Source of the DNA: Methanobacteriota archaeon
GTDB lineage: Archaea > Thermoplasmatota > Thermoplasmata > RBG-16-68-12 > SOIM01
Length of the DNA stretch: 52,588 nucleotides
Assembly (NCBI GenBank): GCA_020345725.1
Contig: CP070767.1
Span: 179,215-231,802, forward strand
Direction: 5' to 3'
The stretch's first letter is position 1. Every line of letters begins with the position of its first letter. The notes under the pieces were generated by a model. That model worked only from the letters and a program-made list of their open reading frames with translations, had not been told where the DNA came from and searched no databases. The position numbers were made by a program, and so were the translations under genes. Positions 15,902 through 25,018 of the stretch are shown here, one piece after another.

Positions 15902-17551
15902 TCAATCCTCCAAAGCCTCTGCTACAGCAATCGTGAAATCCTTCAGGGGGATCTCCACCATTTCTCTTTCAACTGGGATCTCATCCCTGACTGAACAATC
16001 CAAATGAACGTAACACTTGGGACAAGCGGTAAGAACTGCGGCCGAATTGGTCTTCTTGGCTTCCACCATTCTTTCTATCTGCATCTTCTTAGCAGTTCCA
16101 TCACAGTTCATCCATGCACTCACTCCGCAGCATGCACCCTTGTCTCGAATTCTCTCCATCTCCACCAGGTTCATTCCATTGATCTTCGAAATTGCGTCCC
16201 TTGGGGCGTCATATATTCCACAATGCCTGGAAAGTCTGCAAGGTTCGTGATAAGTGACGTTCAAATCAAGCCCATCCTTGAATTTCAGCTTCCCAGCGTC
16301 CATCAGTTCACCTATGTACTGGGACATGTGGATCATCCGGAATTCCAAGTCCCCGGCCATTGCCTGATAGTCAATATTAAACGTCCTGAAACACTCCGCA
16401 CAGGTGTAGACAACAGTCTTGGCGCCGCTCTTCCGAATCAGGTCCAGATTGTGGTTCATCAGGTTCTCAACATTTGCCTCGTCGCCGGTCCAATTCAAGT
16501 CATGACCGCAACACTTCTCCCCATTGCTTACCACGGGTACGACCCCCGCCTTGTTCATGATCTTGACGGCGCTTCGGTTTATCTCACTAAGGTTCAATTC
16601 TCTGTCTTGGAAAATGATGTCCAGATGGGGCGTGCAGCCCGTGAAATAGAAGACTTCACCAGTGTCCGCGATTTGTAGGCTCTCATCCACCCAACCCAAC
16701 CTCTTCTGTTCGAAGTCTGTGTTTGCCATTATCCTCATGGTGGAATGCAGAAGCCCACCCTGTGAACAGACTGGAACAACCCCCAACATGGAAGCTTCGA
16801 CCCTCATACCTCTAATGAATTCAGCGTAGTCCACCTTGTATGGACACATAGCACTGCATTCAGCGCAGGTTGTGCAGGACCAGATGTCCTTCTCTCGTGC
16901 CAAATCGGTTGCAACTCCCTCTAGAGCTTTCACCACAATCAATCTGGGAGCGAACTTCTCATCGTTATTGGCTACTGAGCATACACTGGTGCATTTCCCG
17001 CATTCAACACAGTCAAAAGCTCCAGTGTCTTGTATGAGCTCTTTGATCATCACTGCACTACCGGCCTGCTCATCTGGAGGTTCTTTCTCTGTGAACTTCA
17101 GCGGATTCGGACCAAGTTCAGCAATCTGCTGATTGAATTCGTTCATGACTTCCGCGAACTTGGATCCCTCAGAGGCGGAAATCCATTCCAGTCGAAATCT
17201 ATCTGAGCCAACTCCCAGAATATCGAGGAGCTCTGAAACCATCTTTGCCCTCTTCTCCGCCTTCTCGTTTCCTGAGACATAGTGGCAGTCACCTATGTGG
17301 CAACCAGCCACAAGAACACCATCGACACCGCTCTCAAGAGCGTCAATAATGAACGAGGGCTCCACTCTGCCTGAACACATGACTCGAATGATCTTGATAT
17401 TTGGTGGATACTGCATTCTGGAAACGCCAGCCAGGTCCGCACCAGCATATGAACACCAATTGCAGCAGAAGGCAATTATGTTAGGCTCGAAGGGTGCGTC
17501 GGTGGCTGCTACCTGTTCCGTTTCTGCTTCCTGCATTTCTTCACCTCTCAT
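15902..17551 (-). CDS. MvhD-HdrC-HdrB triple fusion protein (549 aa)
   Basis: N-terminus: [31 protein letters not shown] (MvhD). Middle: CVECGKCTSVCS and CTTCAECSAMCP (HdrC-like 2x[4Fe-4S]). C-terminus: two CCG domains (FYFTGCTPH...KCCGHD and YHEPCRL...ACCGVSAW...CPKC). Confidence 0.88.
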   Translation of the reverse strand: MRGEEMQEAETEQVAATDAPFEPNIIAFCCNWCSYAGADLAGVSRMQYPPNIKIIRVMCSGRVEPSFIIDALESGVDGVLVAGCHIGDCHYVSGNEKAEKRAKMVSELLDILGVGSDRFRLEWISASEGSKFAEVMNEFNQQIAELGPNPLKFTEKEPPDEQAGSAVMIKELIQDTGAFDCVECGKCTSVCSVANNDEKFAPRLIVVKALEGVATDLAREKDIWSCTTCAECSAMCPYKVDYAEFIRGMRVEASMLGVVPVCSQGGLLHSTMRIMANTDFEQKRLGWVDESLQIADTGEVFYFTGCTPHLDIIFQDRELNLSEINRSAVKIMNKAGVVPVVSNGEKCCGHDLNWTGDEANVENLMNHNLDLIRKSGAKTVVYTCAECFRTFNIDYQAMAGDLEFRMIHMSQYIGELMDAGKLKFKDGLDLNVTYHEPCRLSRHCGIYDAPRDAISKINGMNLVEMERIRDKGACCGVSAWMNCDGTAKKMQIERMVEAKKTNSAAVLTACPKCYVHLDCSVRDEIPVEREMVEIPLKDFTIAVAEALED

Positions 17552-17566
17552 ACACGGCCTGGCTGT

Positions 17567-20500
17567 TCAAGTCTCCTCCTGCATAGTTGCGGGTGCCGAT
17601 GCCTTTCTCATCATCGCGATAATCTGGTCACTCGTGAATCCTCTCATTTGAATGGATTTGTTGCAGCAAGCAACAGAACAGGCACCACAGCCCTTGCATA
17701 GCGCTTCCACGATATGGGAGACCTTGGTACCATCTTCCCTCTCAACCAGTTCTGGAGCATTGAACTCACACGTTTCTACACACCTGCCGCAGCCCCTGCA
17801 TTTGTCCTCATCAACCACGGCTATGGTCGCCTCTGCCTCCAGAGCATCTTTGGCGAGAATGGTCATCGCCCTTGAAGCAGCTCCGCTGGCTTGCGCAATG
17901 TTCTCTTCGAAGAACTTCGGAAGATGGGCCAAACCACAGAGGAATATCCCATCAGCTGCGAAATCTATTGGCCGAAGCTTCATATGCGCCTCGAAGAAGA
18001 ATCCGTCCTTGTTCAATGGCACCTTCAGCATCTGGGAAAGAGGAACGTTGTCTGGATTTGAGACCGTGGCCGCGCTCAGTACCAGGATGTCTGGCTTGAT
18101 CAATATCTCCTCATTGAGGATCTGATCCAACACCGCCACTTCAAGCGAACCGTCCTGTCCGACTTCCACGACCGGTTTATCCTCCTCTGAGTACCTTGTG
18201 AAGATCACACCCTCATCAGCAGCCTTGTTGTAGAAATCCTCTCGGAAGCCATAGGTCCGCATGTCTCTGAACATCACATAGATGTTGGATTCCGGGTTAA
18301 CCTCTTTCGCCTTCAAAGCATTCTTCACCGCCTCAGTGCAACATATCCTGCTGCAGTAGGGTCGTTCCGGTACCCTGGAACCCACACATTGAATCATCGC
18401 AATTGTCTTGGCCTCCATTCCATCCGACTCATTGAGCATATTCTCGAATTCAAGTTGCGTCATGACCCTCTGGTCTTGTCCGTAGAGATATTCAGTCGGT
18501 TTGTACTCCAGACCTCCCGTTGCTACGATGATGGTGCCTACGCGGAATTCCTTTGTTCCGCCATTCGATTCTGTGACGCAGTCGAAGCTACCAACACAGC
18601 CTGAGACATCCTTGAGCTGGGTTTCTGTATAGGTCTCAATGAGAGGGTTTCCAGTGACCGAATCCTTGAGTTTGGAGAGGAACGTTTGCACATCCTCACC
18701 CTCCAGACCGTAGTGGATTCTTTTCATTAACCCTCCCAAATCCTTTTCTTTCTCCACGAGATGAACCTTGATTCCTTGATTGGCAAGTTCTTGGGCAACC
18801 GTCATCCCAGATAGGCCACCGCCCACAACGAGGGCTGACTTCTCAACTTCTATCATTATCTCTGGGAGAGGAACCAAAAGACGGGATTTCTCAACAGCCA
18901 TGGAGACTAGCAGCTTTGCTTTCTCAGTTGCCTCCTTCGGAAGGCTGGAATGCACCCAGGAGCATTGATCACGGATGTTTGCCATCTCGAAGACGTGGGC
19001 ATTCAAACCCGCCTCCATTATTGTGCTTTGGAATAGGGGAGCATGAGTTCGTGGTGTACATGATGCGACGATGACCCTGTTGAGGTTATGCTCCTTGATC
19101 TTCTCCTTGATGTTCTTCTGTGTGTCCTGGGAGCATGTGTACAAATTGGCCTCGGCATGTACGACATTGGGGAGCTCTTTTACATGTTCAACGACGCCGG
19201 GAACATCCACGACCCCACCGATGTTTATGCCGCAGTGACAGACAAAGACGCCTATCCTGGGTTCCTGTCCCGTCAAATCGATTTCGGGAGGATATTCCTT
19301 CTTTTCGATAAGCTTCCCTCGTTCGCTGGCCACGATACTCATTGCTTTTGCTGCAGCCCCAGATGCCTGAGAAACACTATCTGGAATGTCTTTTGGCGAA
19401 CTGAAGGCCCCACAGACAAATATGCCAGGGACCTTTGTATCCAGCGGACTGAAGATGTCTGTCTCGCAGAAATCATGCTTGTTCAGTTCAATTCCAAAAG
19501 TCTCCGCGACTTCCTGCGCGCTTTTGGGCGAATCTGTTCCAACCGAGAGCACAACTAGATTGAACACCTTTCTTCTCATCTCCCCTTTTTCTGAGTACCA
19601 AATCGTAAGATCGTGCGTCTCTGGATTCTCTTCAATACTGGCTACCCTTTGATTCCTGGTGAATTGCAGACCGTACTCCTTTTCAGCCCGAACATAGTAT
19701 TCGTCGAATTCCTTTCCAAACGCTCTCATGTCCATGAAGAAGATGTGGGATTTGAGACCCGGAGTGTGCTCTTCAGCTATCGTAGCCTCCTTTATCGCAA
19801 ACATGCAGCAGACGGACGAGCAGTAGGTGTTGCCCACCTGAACATCCCTGCTTCCCACACACTGGATGAAAGCCACATTCTCTGGAACCTCACCATTCGA
19901 GGGTCGAAGGACAACGCCTCCATAGGGTCCAGTCGGGCTGAGCATCCTCTCCAATTCTAGTGAGGATATGACATTCGGATATCGCCCATATCCATATTCC
20001 CTTTTGAGCTTAAGGTCAAACTCGGTGAAACCTGGAGCCAGGATTATGGCACCAACGTCAATCTCAATAGGTCTCTCCTCTTCTGTGAAGTCTATGGCAC
20101 CAGCCTCACACTGGGTCTCGCATATACCGCACCCAATGCACGCTTCCTGATCTATTGTATGGGCCGGTGGTACCGCTTGAGGATACTTCATGTAGATTGC
20201 CTTTCTCACCTTCAGTCCTTTGTTGTATTCATCTGGGACTTCTACAGGACATCTCTGTGTGCATAGACCACAGCCAGTGCATTTCTCCTCATCAACGCAC
20301 CGGACCTTTCTTTTCACTGTGACTCTGAAGTGGCCAATCTCCCCGTCGATCTTCTCAACTTTGGAATTGGTAAGAAGCTCAACGTTATGATGCCTTCCAG
20401 TTGCCACCAGTTTGGGTGCCATTATGCACATCGCGCAATCGTGAGTGGGGAATGTCTTGTCCAACTGGGACATCGCCCCTCCTATTCTCGGGGAACTGTC

Positions 20501-20635
20501 CACTAGGTAGACCTTCAAATCGGTATCTGCAAGATCAAGAGCGCACTGGGTGCCAGAGATTCCTCCGCCAACAACAAGAACAGCCCCGACCTTATCTGAG
20601 ATCCTCTCTATCACCTTCTCTGAGGTCCTCTCCAC
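17567..20635 (-). CDS. hdrA: Double-length HdrA-like flavo-iron-sulfur protein (1022 aa, GTG start)
   Basis: Same two-half architecture as 8272-11289: GGGISGTQ, FPTHDCAMC, CTGCGLCTQRCP, CIGCGICETQC, then VFVCHCGINIGG, ASCTPRTHAP, GGGLSGMT, CVGSRVPERPYCSRICC, FFFEAHMKLRP, CRGCGRCVETC and CKGCGACSVAC. Confidence 0.9.
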   Translation of the reverse strand: MERTSEKVIERISDKVGAVLVVGGGISGTQCALDLADTDLKVYLVDSSPRIGGAMSQLDKTFPTHDCAMCIMAPKLVATGRHHNVELLTNSKVEKIDGEIGHFRVTVKRKVRCVDEEKCTGCGLCTQRCPVEVPDEYNKGLKVRKAIYMKYPQAVPPAHTIDQEACIGCGICETQCEAGAIDFTEEERPIEIDVGAIILAPGFTEFDLKLKREYGYGRYPNVISSLELERMLSPTGPYGGVVLRPSNGEVPENVAFIQCVGSRDVQVGNTYCSSVCCMFAIKEATIAEEHTPGLKSHIFFMDMRAFGKEFDEYYVRAEKEYGLQFTRNQRVASIEENPETHDLTIWYSEKGEMRRKVFNLVVLSVGTDSPKSAQEVAETFGIELNKHDFCETDIFSPLDTKVPGIFVCGAFSSPKDIPDSVSQASGAAAKAMSIVASERGKLIEKKEYPPEIDLTGQEPRIGVFVCHCGINIGGVVDVPGVVEHVKELPNVVHAEANLYTCSQDTQKNIKEKIKEHNLNRVIVASCTPRTHAPLFQSTIMEAGLNAHVFEMANIRDQCSWVHSSLPKEATEKAKLLVSMAVEKSRLLVPLPEIMIEVEKSALVVGGGLSGMTVAQELANQGIKVHLVEKEKDLGGLMKRIHYGLEGEDVQTFLSKLKDSVTGNPLIETYTETQLKDVSGCVGSFDCVTESNGGTKEFRVGTIIVATGGLEYKPTEYLYGQDQRVMTQLEFENMLNESDGMEAKTIAMIQCVGSRVPERPYCSRICCTEAVKNALKAKEVNPESNIYVMFRDMRTYGFREDFYNKAADEGVIFTRYSEEDKPVVEVGQDGSLEVAVLDQILNEEILIKPDILVLSAATVSNPDNVPLSQMLKVPLNKDGFFFEAHMKLRPIDFAADGIFLCGLAHLPKFFEENIAQASGAASRAMTILAKDALEAEATIAVVDEDKCRGCGRCVETCEFNAPELVEREDGTKVSHIVEALCKGCGACSVACCNKSIQMRGFTSDQIIAMMRKASAPATMQEET

Positions 20636-20646
20636 GGATTCTGATG

Positions 20647-21651
20647 CTATTCAACCACCCCCGAAAGCAGTCCTCTTACACAGACCGAGAAGTGGCACAC
20701 GTTGCTTCTTCTCCTCTCGCAGTTGTAACATCTCAATGTAAGCAGCAGTTCCCTCACTATCCATTTCTTTGTCGCTTCATCTACGTCTGGAAGACTGGCA
20801 ATACTCATCTGGATGCTCTCCTTCTGAACCTTCGCCCATAGAGGTAAGGTGGAGATCTCCTGCCCCTCTTCTATCTGGGAAATATACAAAGGCGACGTGC
20901 CTTGGATTTCCGTCATCGTAACAAGTCCTCTATCGCGCAGTAGTACAATGTGCCTCAGAACATCCCTCTCCGGCAGATTAACCCTCTCGGATATCTCTTT
21001 CACAGATTGAGGCTGTCCTTTGGTTGCGAGAAGGACCCTGCATCTCCCATATTCCTCCAATATCGCCTTTTCCACGACTTCGTGGACCTTTCCGTTCGGA
21101 TTCATACGATTGAATGCATTGGGTTTGGTCTCAAGCAGGTGTTCCTTGTTCATCAACAGACTCAGTCTGAAATCGTCGACTGCACTGCGGGCCACATACA
21201 AACCTTCCATTATGTCGATGTCAGGAGCATCACCCGCAACAGGATTAGGTCCCAATTCGGTCACCGTGTTTACGAACTCCGTCACAATCTCTGCAAAAAG
21301 CTTGCCTTCTGAAGCGGACACCCATTCCATTCTCAATCTCTCTGGCTCAAGACCAGTGAGTTCTAGTAGTCTCCTTAGTGTGTCTATTCGCCTCGCTGCG
21401 TGATTGTTCCCCTCTTGATAATGACAATCTCCTGGATGACAACCGCAGATTAGCACTCCATCGGCACCTCTGAGGAAGCCTTCGATAACCACGGCTGGGT
21501 CGACACTACCACTGCACATTACTCTTATGATCCTCAAGTTAGGTGGATAGGTGAATCTGGAGACTCCGGCCAAATCGGCTCCTGCATAAGAGCACCAGTT
21601 GCAGAGGAATCCGACAATCTTGGGAGTGAAACCGTTGTCCTGCTTCTCCAT
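20647..21651 (-). CDS. mvhD: MvhD-domain protein with a winged-helix-like domain and an extra ~70-aa Cys-containing C-terminal extension (334 aa)
   Basis: [21 protein letters not shown] and CGCHPGDCHY. HTH-like SVKEISERVNLPERDVLRHIVLLRDRGLV. The extension, absent from the 257-aa paralogue, ends in CYNCERRRSNVCHFSVC. Confidence 0.8.
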   Translation of the reverse strand: MEKQDNGFTPKIVGFLCNWCSYAGADLAGVSRFTYPPNLRIIRVMCSGSVDPAVVIEGFLRGADGVLICGCHPGDCHYQEGNNHAARRIDTLRRLLELTGLEPERLRMEWVSASEGKLFAEIVTEFVNTVTELGPNPVAGDAPDIDIMEGLYVARSAVDDFRLSLLMNKEHLLETKPNAFNRMNPNGKVHEVVEKAILEEYGRCRVLLATKGQPQSVKEISERVNLPERDVLRHIVLLRDRGLVTMTEIQGTSPLYISQIEEGQEISTLPLWAKVQKESIQMSIASLPDVDEATKKWIVRELLLTLRCYNCERRRSNVCHFSVCVRGLLSGVVE

Positions 21652-21652
21652 C

Positions 21653-24600
21653 TCAGCCCCCCTCTATAGCGGCTGTCAGCTGGGCAATGATTTGGTCGCG
21701 GGAGAAATGCTTCAAGGTGATCGCTCTCTCTGGACATCCTGCTGCACATGTACCACATCCTTTGCACAGCGGTTCTGAGACTTTGGACTTGTTTGTTTCC
21801 GGATCTACTTCTATAGCTCCGAATGGACAGATGAACTCACATGTCTTGCACCCAACACAGAGGTCCTCATTCACGCAAGACACTACGCCCTCCGATTCAA
21901 TCTCGTCCTTGCTTAATATCGTCAAGGCTCTCGCAGCTGCAGCCATCGCCTGGGATATGTTCTCATCCACGAACTTGGGCGACTGGGCCAAACCGCAGAC
22001 AAAGATGCCATCTGTTGCGAAATCTACTGGTCTCAGTTTTGCATGAGCTTCAAGGAAGAACCCATCCTTGCTGAGTGGCACCTTCAGTATCTCGGATAGG
22101 CCATCATTGTCGGGATTCGGCCGAGTTGCGGCGTTCAGAACCAGGAGATCTGGCTTTATGAGGAGGTCAACCATGAGGAATTTGTCCTTTACCCTTACCT
22201 CAAGTGGCTCTCCTTGTGTGACAATCGGTGGGCTATCCTCTTCGAACCGAATGAATATGACACCCTCTTTGCTGGCTTCTTTGTAGTACTTCTCTCGGAA
22301 ACCGTACGTGCGTACGTCCCTGAAGACCACATAGACAGAGCTGTCTGGGAACCTCTTTTTCAATTCGAGTGCATTTCCAATAGCTGTAGTGCAACAGATT
22401 CTGCTACAATTAGGATATTCCTCATTCCTCGAACCCACACACTGTATTATGACCACTTCCTTTGGTGCCTTGAAATCACCTTTGTACATCCTTTCTTCGA
22501 GCTCGAGTTGAGTGATGACTCTGGAATCTTCACCATACAGATACTCCTCGGGCTTGTATTCCACCGCTCCGGTAGCGACAACGATCACACCATGGTCTAT
22601 TTCGCTGCCATCTGATAACCTGCTTTTGAAATTGCCAACATATCCGCTCGTTCTCTCCAGTTCTGTCTTGAGATGAACATGTATCTTTGGGTTGTTCTGG
22701 CAGGCATCGCTCTTCTCCTTCAGAATCGCCTGTGGATCTTCTCCCGTGAGTGAATGGGTGACTCTCCTCATGTTGCCGCCCAGTACATCCTCCTTCTCAA
22801 CTAGATGGACATCAAAACCCTTCTTGGCAATCTCCAAGGAAGCTGTCATGCCACTGAGTCCTCCACCTATCACAAGAGCTGACTTGGTGACGGAATGAGG
22901 GATTTTCTCCAGAGGCCCCAAGAGCCCAGCCTTGGCAACTGCCATACGAACAAGTCTCTTGGCCTTCTTGGTTGCTTCCACGTGATTGTCCGAATGGACC
23001 CAAGAACACTGTTCCCTGATATTGGCCATTTCAAAGAGATAGGGATTTAGTCCACCTTCCCTGATTGTTTCCTGAAAGAGTCCCTCATATGATCTTGGAC
23101 TGCAGGATGCCACTATGACCCTGTTCAGATTGTGTTCCTCTATCCTCTCCCGGATGCTCTGTTGGGTGTCAAGGGAGCAAGTGTAGAGATTGGCTTCGGC
23201 ATGCACAACGTTAGGAAGTGTCTTGGCATACTCCGCCACATCAGGAACATCCACAACTCCACCGATGTTTATGCCGCAGTGACAGATAAAGACGCCCACT
23301 CTGGGCTCGACACCCTCGATATCTTTTTCAGCTGGATATTCCTTCTCTTGAAGGTCATTCTCACTCTTCTCTGGAAGTGAACCGGCCATCGATGCCGCTC
23401 CGCTGGCTTGGGCAACCGTATCGGGTATGTCTCTTGGTCCAGAGAGCATTCCGGATACATAGACTCCGGGAACAGAGGTCTCAAGGGGAGTGAACATGCC
23501 GGTTTCACAGAAGTCAAATTCGTTAAGTGAGATGCCCAACATCTTGGAGATGTCCTCAATATTCTCCGGCGGCTCTAGGCCAACAGAAAGGACAACAAGG
23601 TCGAAGACCTCTTCTCGAATCTCCCCCAACTCTGAGTAGGTGATGACAAGTCTATCATCATCGAGGGTCTCCCCCACGGATGCAATTCGGTTATTCCGTA
23701 TTATCCCGACTCCATACTCTTCTTCGGCCCTGACTCGGTAATCCTCGAACTCCTTTCCAAATGCTCTCATGTCCATACAGAATATGCGCGATCGGATGTC
23801 TGGATGGTGGTCATGTGCATCGATTGCCTCCTTTAAGGCGTACATGCAACATACCGATGAACAGTAGATGCCTCCATAGACTTCGCTCCGAGAACCTACG
23901 CACTGTATGAAGGCGATATTCCTGGGAGGCTTTCCATCTGAAGGTCTCTGAATCTCCCCCATTGTGGGTCCTGTGGCGCTCAACATCCTCTCCAATTCGA
24001 GGCTGGTGATTACATTCGGGAGAACACCGTATCCATATTCAGAAATCGCTCTGGGATTGTATGGCTTGGCACCGAACCCAATGATGATCGACTCGACATT
24101 GAGAGTGACTTCTTCAGGCTTCTGTTCAAAGTCGATTGCCTCGGCTTCGCAGAATCTCTGACAAGCCCGGCACTTTCCAGTCCGGAAATAGGTGCAGTTT
24201 TTCTCATCAATCACAAAGGTAGTGGGTATAGCTTGCGGATACATTCTGTAGGCGGCTTTTCTCTCAGACTGGTCCATGTCGAACTCATTTGGCACCTTTA
24301 CTGGGCACTTCTCCGCGCAAACACCACAGCCTACGCACTTCTTGTCGTCCACGTACCGGGGGTGATTAAGAACGGTGACTCGAAAATCACCTTTCTGTCC
24401 CTCGACATGTGTAATTTCGGAGCTCATCATCAGTTGTATGTTGGGATGTCTTCCCACCTCCACGAGCTTGGGAGAAAGGATGCACATAGCACAGTCGTTC
24501 GTTGGGAAGGCCTTGTCCAGTTGAGCCATTCTTCCCCCCAGGGCCGGGGCTTTTTCGACAATGGTGACGCGAACGCCTGCATTTGCCAGGTCCAATGCTG

Positions 24601-24664
24601 CCTGAATGCCGGCTATGCCACCTCCAACTATCAGGACTCCCTGTTCCATTGAACATGACTCCAT
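21653..24664 (-). CDS. hdrA: Double-length HdrA-like flavo-iron-sulfur protein (1003 aa); first gene of the array
   Basis: GGGIAGIQ, FPTNDCAMC, CVGCGVCAEKCP, CRACQRFCE, then VFICHCGINIGG, ASCSPRSYEG, GGGLSGMT, CVGSRNEEYPNCSRICC, FFLEAHAKLRP, CVGCKTCEFICP and CKGCGTCAAGCP. Confidence 0.9.
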   Translation of the reverse strand: MESCSMEQGVLIVGGGIAGIQAALDLANAGVRVTIVEKAPALGGRMAQLDKAFPTNDCAMCILSPKLVEVGRHPNIQLMMSSEITHVEGQKGDFRVTVLNHPRYVDDKKCVGCGVCAEKCPVKVPNEFDMDQSERKAAYRMYPQAIPTTFVIDEKNCTYFRTGKCRACQRFCEAEAIDFEQKPEEVTLNVESIIIGFGAKPYNPRAISEYGYGVLPNVITSLELERMLSATGPTMGEIQRPSDGKPPRNIAFIQCVGSRSEVYGGIYCSSVCCMYALKEAIDAHDHHPDIRSRIFCMDMRAFGKEFEDYRVRAEEEYGVGIIRNNRIASVGETLDDDRLVITYSELGEIREEVFDLVVLSVGLEPPENIEDISKMLGISLNEFDFCETGMFTPLETSVPGVYVSGMLSGPRDIPDTVAQASGAASMAGSLPEKSENDLQEKEYPAEKDIEGVEPRVGVFICHCGINIGGVVDVPDVAEYAKTLPNVVHAEANLYTCSLDTQQSIRERIEEHNLNRVIVASCSPRSYEGLFQETIREGGLNPYLFEMANIREQCSWVHSDNHVEATKKAKRLVRMAVAKAGLLGPLEKIPHSVTKSALVIGGGLSGMTASLEIAKKGFDVHLVEKEDVLGGNMRRVTHSLTGEDPQAILKEKSDACQNNPKIHVHLKTELERTSGYVGNFKSRLSDGSEIDHGVIVVATGAVEYKPEEYLYGEDSRVITQLELEERMYKGDFKAPKEVVIIQCVGSRNEEYPNCSRICCTTAIGNALELKKRFPDSSVYVVFRDVRTYGFREKYYKEASKEGVIFIRFEEDSPPIVTQGEPLEVRVKDKFLMVDLLIKPDLLVLNAATRPNPDNDGLSEILKVPLSKDGFFLEAHAKLRPVDFATDGIFVCGLAQSPKFVDENISQAMAAAARALTILSKDEIESEGVVSCVNEDLCVGCKTCEFICPFGAIEVDPETNKSKVSEPLCKGCGTCAAGCPERAITLKHFSRDQIIAQLTAAIEGG

Positions 24665-24864
24665 ATTGCCAGACCTATAGGTACCTCAATCTCGTATCAG
24701 GACCTTTTCTTGTCTATATCACACAATCAGTATTTAGGTATTTGTGGATTTTGTTTTCCGAGAGAATTGTGGAAGAAAACGTCAGATTTTCGACGGATGA
24801 GACTCATAGCTCGACATTATGTGACGCAAATGTGCCATTATCGTTAATGATAGTGACTATTTCA

Positions 24865-24880
24865 GCGAAAAGCTTAAATC
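24865..24880 (+). promoter_or_regulatory. BRE/TATA-like element (GCGAAAAG CTTAAATC) upstream of the 30-aa mini-gene
   Basis: A purine-rich BRE-like stretch directly 5' of a TATA-like box. The centre is ~38 nt upstream of ATG 24915, which places the expected TSS just before the SD GGAGA (24905-24909). Confidence 0.45.
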
Positions 24881-24914
24881 GAAACGACCGAACTAGTAGT
24901 AATTGGAGATAAAA

Positions 24915-25007
24915 ATGACAGAATACGGCCCCAAAGACGAGTCCTCCTATGGGAGTTGCTTGGGTTGTGACGTTTGCAGCGGATCGAGTTGTCCATTAGA
25001 GAATTAG
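24915..25007 (+). CDS. Cys-rich mini-protein, 30 aa: MTEYGPKDESSYGSCLGCDVCSGSSCPLEN
   Basis: Not in the ORF track (<60 aa). It has an ATG preceded by GGAGA at a 5-nt spacing, its own BRE/TATA-like box and T-tract terminators downstream. Motif is C-x2-C-x2-C-x4-C-P. Confidence 0.5.
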   Translation: MTEYGPKDESSYGSCLGCDVCSGSSCPLEN

Positions 25008-25018
25008 TGTTCTCTCTC

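Noticed and set aside
7855-24664. The hdrA/mvhD array as an assembly artefact (a collapsed or duplicated repeat).
   Set aside because: The four modules differ substantially in sequence, linker composition, fusion partners and gene lengths. Such divergence is not what mis-assembled identical repeats look like. Read mapping is still advisable.
24665-24860. A defined promoter for the hdrA array in the 250 nt upstream of 24664.
   Set aside because: Several weak AT-rich candidates exist on the minus strand (GATATAG, CCTAAATAC, CCTATAGG). None has convincing BRE/TATA quality or spacing, so no feature was called.
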